A stretch of DNA of 55,298 nucleotides, the filler included, from Sphacelaria rigidula (taxonomy: Eukaryota), in assembly GCA_964200075.2 (NCBI GenBank). It is 6 parts of 6 records of this genome, joined end to end, with 100 filler letters (N's around TTAATTAATTAA, not from the genome) between each part and the next. Parts side by side here need not be neighbours in the genome. Positions count along the whole stretch, not along the records: positions 46,167 to 55,298 come from CAXNAA020009220.1; 5 more parts are not named here. One strand, 5' to 3'. The notes under the pieces were generated by a model. It was given only the letters and a program-made list of their open reading frames with translations, was not told the DNA's origin and searched no databases. The position numbers and the translations under genes are program-made. Positions 49,886 to 55,298 of the stretch are shown here, in pieces (positions within the stretch are counted from its first letter, which is position 1; each line of letters opens with the position of its first letter).

Positions 49886-51720
49886 CAAGGCTGTGTTCTG
49901 CAGGGTACGAGTATGTCCTGTAGGGTATGAGACTCCTTACAGAACTCACAGAAATATCGGGTACCGGTATAAAAATCTTACAGAAATTACAAAACTGTCG
50001 GGTATCGGTTTGAAAGTCTCACAGGAAGTACATAATTCGTCGGGTACGGTATGGGAGGATTACAGAAAAACCGTACCTGCAACCGGGTATTTCTTCAAGA
50101 GCATACTCGCGCTCCGGGTACGGGTGAACATTCTGTACAGAATGACAGGACTGTCGGGTGAGGGTATTGGAGGCTGGTAGAACTCACAGAAACTGTCGGG
50201 TAGGGTATAGAGGTTGCACAGAAAACCGTACCCGCAACCGAGTATCCCATCAAGAGTATGCCCGTGCCCCCCGGTAACGGTACGGGAGGCGTACAGAACT
50301 CACAGAAGTATCGGGTACGGGTATGAAAGTCTTCGAGAGATTACAGAACTGTCGGGTACCGGTATAAAGCCTTACAGAGTTTATAAAACTGTCAGGTACC
50401 GGTATGAAAGTCTTACAGAAGTCACAGTACTGTAAGGTACGATTAAACACCCGACAAAATACCCGACAAAATACCCCGGGTATACAGAAAACCGTACCCT
50501 ACAAGACACGACCTTGGTATTATCATCGCCCATGTGGTGGGACCCACGTCACTACAGTCAGTGACGAACTACAGATGACAGTTCACGAAAACTCTGAACA
50601 GCTTCACGGGGTTGATAGGGGAAGACTATACGATCACTCGCAGTACTACATGTGCACGGGATTGTCAACGTCTATGGCTTCACATACACATGAAGGAGCA
50701 TTCACGGCTGCCTGCTCTCTGGAAACCCTTCGGCACGACAAAATCGTCGACGGCCTTGACGACTTTCGGTGGTAGCTCATACTCTGTGCTGTGCATGTAG
50801 ATAACGGCCTGGGGTTTGATGGCCACGACACAACCGCCATCAATGTCGATGACGTGCGTCTTGCTACTTGATCCCTCGCTGGCGCGGATGAACCGCCCCC
50901 GCTCGTGCCACCAGTCGAGTCTGGGGGTGATCCATCCTGACGGTCTGCAGTGCTGCTCATATTTAGTGTTTCCATCCAGCAGTACCTCGTATCTCGTCAG
51001 ATTCCAAAATATAAAACTTTCCAACATGATTGTTGTTTGCGTGCAGTAATGAATGAAGGAGTAGGGTGGGTTGATCGATGGGGGAGGTACGTGTTCAGAT
51101 CATGAGGTTGTGTTTGGATTGAACCTCTATCAATACCTCCCCAAGGTATATACGAAGTACCTGTGCTCGTACCTGCAATCGGGTATATCTACCACGGTAT
51201 ACCCTAACCCCGGGTAGGGGTATGGGAGGCTTACAGAGCTCACAGAACTGTCGGGTGCCGGTACTGATGGAAGTCTCACAGAAAGTACATAATTCGTCGG
51301 GTACGATATGGGAGGATTACAGAAAAACCGTACCTGCAACCGGGTATTTCTTCAAGAGCATACTCGCGCTCCGGGTACGGGTGAACATTCTGTACAGAAC
51401 TCACAGAACTGTCGGGTGAGGGTATTGGAGGCTGGTAGAACTCACAGAAACTGTCGGGTAGGGTATAGAGGTTGCACAGAAAACCGTACCCGCAACCGGG
51501 TATCCCATCAACAGCATACCCGTGCCCCCCGGTAACGGTACGGGAGGCGTACAGAACTCACAGAAGTATCGGGTACGGGTATGAAAGTCTTCGAGAGATT
51601 ACAGAACTGTCGGGTACCGGTATAAAGCCTCACAGAGTTTACAGAATCGTCGGGTACGGTCAAATACCCGGGAAAATACCCCGGGGATACAGAAAACCGT
51701 ACCTTACAGAAACTACCTTG
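49886..51720 (-). mobile_element. Composite non-autonomous DNA transposon (hAT-like), copy 2
   Basis: Reverse complement of 11743-13500: arm B 49886-50516, cargo 50517-51141, arm A 51142-51720. Flanks are unrelated to those of copy 1. Confidence 0.8.
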
Positions 51721-53766
51721 GAAAATACCATTCGAACCCTTTTGGAACCGTTGATGGAAATTTGACGATTTACAATTGATGTTTTTTTGGGAAAGAAATG
51801 GTTGGTTTTCTACAGCCTTTGAGCAAACCATTCGCCCAAAGTGTGTTTTTCAGACGCGTGCGAGTGGAACGTGGAAGAAAAGAAGGTTCCCTCTTTCACA
51901 ACTATGACTGAGTGTTCGACCCGTCGGTGTTTTCTAATCCCAGCCAGAGTCTTCGTGAAGCAATCTTCACGCCGCACCTGCACGCCCTTCCCCTTGCAGT
52001 TGATGCTTTGTGCCGCATCATAGCAAGTCCGCGCCTGGCTTGCAATGACAAAGGCGACGCCGACGGCACATTTACCTCGGTTATACCCCCGTCTACTCTC
52101 TGTATTCGGAGACAGTCACCGTCAGGCCCTGTGAGGATGCCTTCACCTACTCCTCTGTACTGCGTATGATAATGATATTTTCAGCTTCCTTCAAGTGTAA
52201 ACTCACGTCATGCACGTTACTGTACGCTGTCGTGCGCGTTTATATGACACCATACTGCGGTTTGATCATTTCGCAATGGCGACGCGGACGCCATGTACCC
52301 CGCCGTTATACACCCCTGATTCACCGTAGGCGGGGGCCGTCACTTTGGCATATCCGATACAGGCTGTCACTTCGTAGGCTGTGATCTCACGGCATATCCC
52401 ATCCTGCGCTTTGTGCTATACGTTTCCACGACGCCACCTCTGTACTGCGGGTTGGTCATGCCTAAACGTTGCACAGCCGTGCTTTGTGCTGCGTGAGGTT
52501 CATGACTCCGGCTGGCGCTATCGCGTTCGGACCGTCTGTCCTCGTGGACGGCACTGGGGTTTTATGCAATGATAATGATATTACACACCTTCCGTCTTCT
52601 TGCATGGAAGACCGTAACACCGTTTTTCAGTTATACTGGATTGTAGTGACGTGTGTTTACTGACTGTAGTTGTAGCTGGGTTCGGCTAGTTGCGAAAGGC
52701 TGTCTCGGTCGGTTGTCGACTGTTTGCTAGTATATCGCCTGTCTGGACGCTTGCAATCACGTCCGTCTGGTGTCTCCTACATAATCCTGCGTACCTCGCA
52801 GCGTTTTCTCTTGCCGCGGTTACTGGGTTAAAGTTCGGTGGGCGAGTGGGGGGGGCGGTGTGCGCCGGGGGAAATGGGCTGCCCCAACCGCTCTTGCAGC
52901 TTCTTCTGCGAAACGTCTAGCAGTGTTCTGGTCGTGCTTCTCAGCCACCTCTTCCAGCTGGACGTTAATGGCATGTGGGTCGCTCTTCAGCGCTTCTACG
53001 TGTGGTGAAGGGGTTTCCACTTGCTCGGCCATATCATTGTCGCCGTATAGTGTGGCTTCCTACGCTTCCCAACTCTTGACGATGCAGCGCACCATAATGG
53101 TGCACCAGTCTAAGCTCAAGTATACTGATGTGACATATTCGTGTACCGAACTCAAATTGACGTTTTACCCAGTGACGAATATCACATGGGAGAGTTTGTA
53201 CTGTTTTGCGAGAGTTCTGTCGATGTATACAGGCTGGGCCGCCTAAGAAGCTCATTTTCCTTCAGTCCGTTCTAAGTGACGATGTATCGCGAGTTGTGCC
53301 TGCTATGACACATCGTGGCAATCGGCAAATCAGCGCGCATCTTCGAATCCATATTACACTGCGATCCGACAACGTCTCATGAAACGAAATACCAAATTGT
53401 GGTCAAGCGTGAAGTGTAGAGAGTTGAGGTTATCACATGCGGCGGAATTAGCAAAAAAAAAGGCTGAAATTGGATTTTCGGTTACAGTCGGTTGTGCCGC
53501 GTGTTGCCTCACAAGCTGCGATTGTACAACAGCACATGTCGCACTAGGCACGCAATATCTAAGATGGCACGCAGACAAGGACCCCAGCGCACAAAGGCGT
53601 CTGGTAGTAGTGTGCGAAACAATGAGCAGTTCGTGAAGACCTCAGAGCCGAGAGTAGAAGAAGACAAGTCCAAGGGGAACTTCCGGCGGAGGTTGTTGTA
53701 TTCTGCATCCAAAGGCGCAAAGGGGAAAATCAAGAGGTCGGATTTGGAGAGAATGCAGCGGTTGCC

Positions 53767-54370
53767 GAGCTCAATTTTCAATTTTTTTCGGTGAAACTTT
53801 GACATGATGTACCGGACGTATGTGCGAACACCACTTCGTTCCTCCCGTGTTTTTTTTCCTTCTTCATGAGTTGTTGACGTTGGAATATTTCAGAACAGTT
53901 TTTCGGAACAAAATTGCCAATAACTCACGGAGAAAAAAAATGTGCGGGTAGGAAGGGGTCTACGCATATACGTCCCGTACATCGTGTCAAAACTTAATCG
54001 AAAACGACTCGAAATTGAACAGCATAATTGCTTTTGAAGTGTTCGTGGCTGGTCCATCTTCACATGGGAACCGGTTCACGACAGAATGACGTGAGTCTTG
54101 AGCTCAATTTTGAGTTGTTCTTGATGAAATTTTGACATAATGTACAGGACGTATATGCGAAAACCCCTAATTCCCCCCCTTGTTTTGTGTTTTCTTCTTC
54201 GTGAGGTATTGGCGACAGAACATTTCAGAACATTTTTTCGGAACAGAATCGCCAATAACTAACGAAAAAAGAAAAAAAACAGGGGGGAACTTGGGGGTCT
54301 TCGCACGTACGTTCTGTATGCATCATGTCAAAATTTTATAAAAAAACGACTCAAAATTGAGCTCAGACTC
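53767..54370. mobile_element. Two adjacent foldback (palindromic) MITE-like units
   Basis: 53767-54020 and 54093-54370 each begin GAGCTCAATTTT..TTTGACAT(G/A)ATGTAC.GGACGTAT and end in the reverse complement. Confidence 0.75.
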
Positions 54371-55298
54371 GTGTGTCAACATTCCTCTTCGCATCTTGGG
54401 CGGCCCAGCCTGTACAATTGACATACGTCGCCGGTTGCGTGGTATTATCAGACAAGCTTAACCCGACTGCTCCGGGGCTTTATTTTCGGTGCATACAGGA
54501 GGTATGCTTCTGGAGTCTTCTTTGGTCTTCCGAAGTAAAAATGATTGCCGTCGGTCTTTTCTGCTTCCATCTTTTCTTCTTTGTCAAAACTTGAAATAAT
54601 TGGGTCTCTGGCCAGGGGACGGGAGGGGAGGGTTCTAAAAGGGTCAAGAACACGAGAACATTACGATGGACACTTTCGGAACAGTTTATCAGCGTTTGGT
54701 CGCGTCAATAAAAGAAGACCCTGCCATCACAGACTGGTGCAGAGACACACCATGATGCAGTGGCTACAGCGAGAGGGTGATTTGTGTACGAGAGTACTCG
54801 CACACAGCAGCTTGCATGTTGCCACCGTTCTCTGACGGCGTTGTTGTCTGCGGAATGATCCCTGTTCGTTCGCAGAACAAATCGCCAAGAACAACAGCCA
54901 CAAACAGCAACCCACACGGAGGCAATGTCATCCTGGTCAACCCTACAGTCGGCACTATATGAATTCATACGCGTCTACACCTGTTCCACGGGAGCACAGC
55001 CCAAGGCTAACCCTGTTCCCGACACCTTTCCGCTGCCGTCCACATTAATGCTCCTCCCTCGAAGCCTTGCATGCAGCGTGAAGGGCTTGGATGAAGCTCT
55101 GCCAAATTCTACTTCACCTGAGCCGTGTCCACCCCCTCTATTGCCTCCTGATCCCGACCCGAGGACAAATCTCATTATACTCTCGCAGCAACCCATGGTT
55201 GTCGAACTCGTGCAGGACTAGCGGAGAGCAGCGTAGAAGGGCTCCGCGCCCATAGGGTAACCTCTGCATTGAATTAAAAAACGCACTGAATTAAATTA

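Noticed and set aside
52820..53255. Coding-like ORF MAEQVETPSPHVEAL..
   Set aside because: Short, interrupted by stops upstream, with no recognisable motif or splice structure.
54545..55221. Overlapping ORFs near the window end
   Set aside because: No recognisable domain; possibly decayed TE sequence.

Overview
Eukaryotic, repeat-rich DNA, most likely from a brown alga (inferred from the long TE-filled introns, the splice-site style and the Gypsy/MITE/SINE types). The window is not one locus. It is six contigs of 9134, 9134, 9133, 9133, 9132 and 9132 bp, sorted by length and joined by artificial 100-bp spacers (44 N + TTAATTAATTAA + 44 N), so adjacency across spacers has no biological meaning. 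Three partial spliced genes can be reconstructed on the + strand: 5' exons of an NCS2/NAT (UapA-like) purine permease (15042-16138), internal exons of a shikimate kinase (32618-35310), and the 3' five exons of a TBC/Rab-GAP protein (36959-42836). The rest is mobile DNA. It includes an internally deleted chromodomain-bearing Gypsy LTR element (18743-25134, -), Copia and Gypsy fragments, and five copies of a tRNA-headed SINE. There are also many MITEs (hAT-, Tc1/mariner- and piggyBac-like), foldback palindromes and satellites. The most unusual structures are a composite CAAGG...CCTTG element seen on two contigs (two MITE-like arms bracketing a shared ~630-bp cargo) and a decayed ORF built from ~216-bp coding repeats. 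No prokaryote-type system such as CRISPR is supported.
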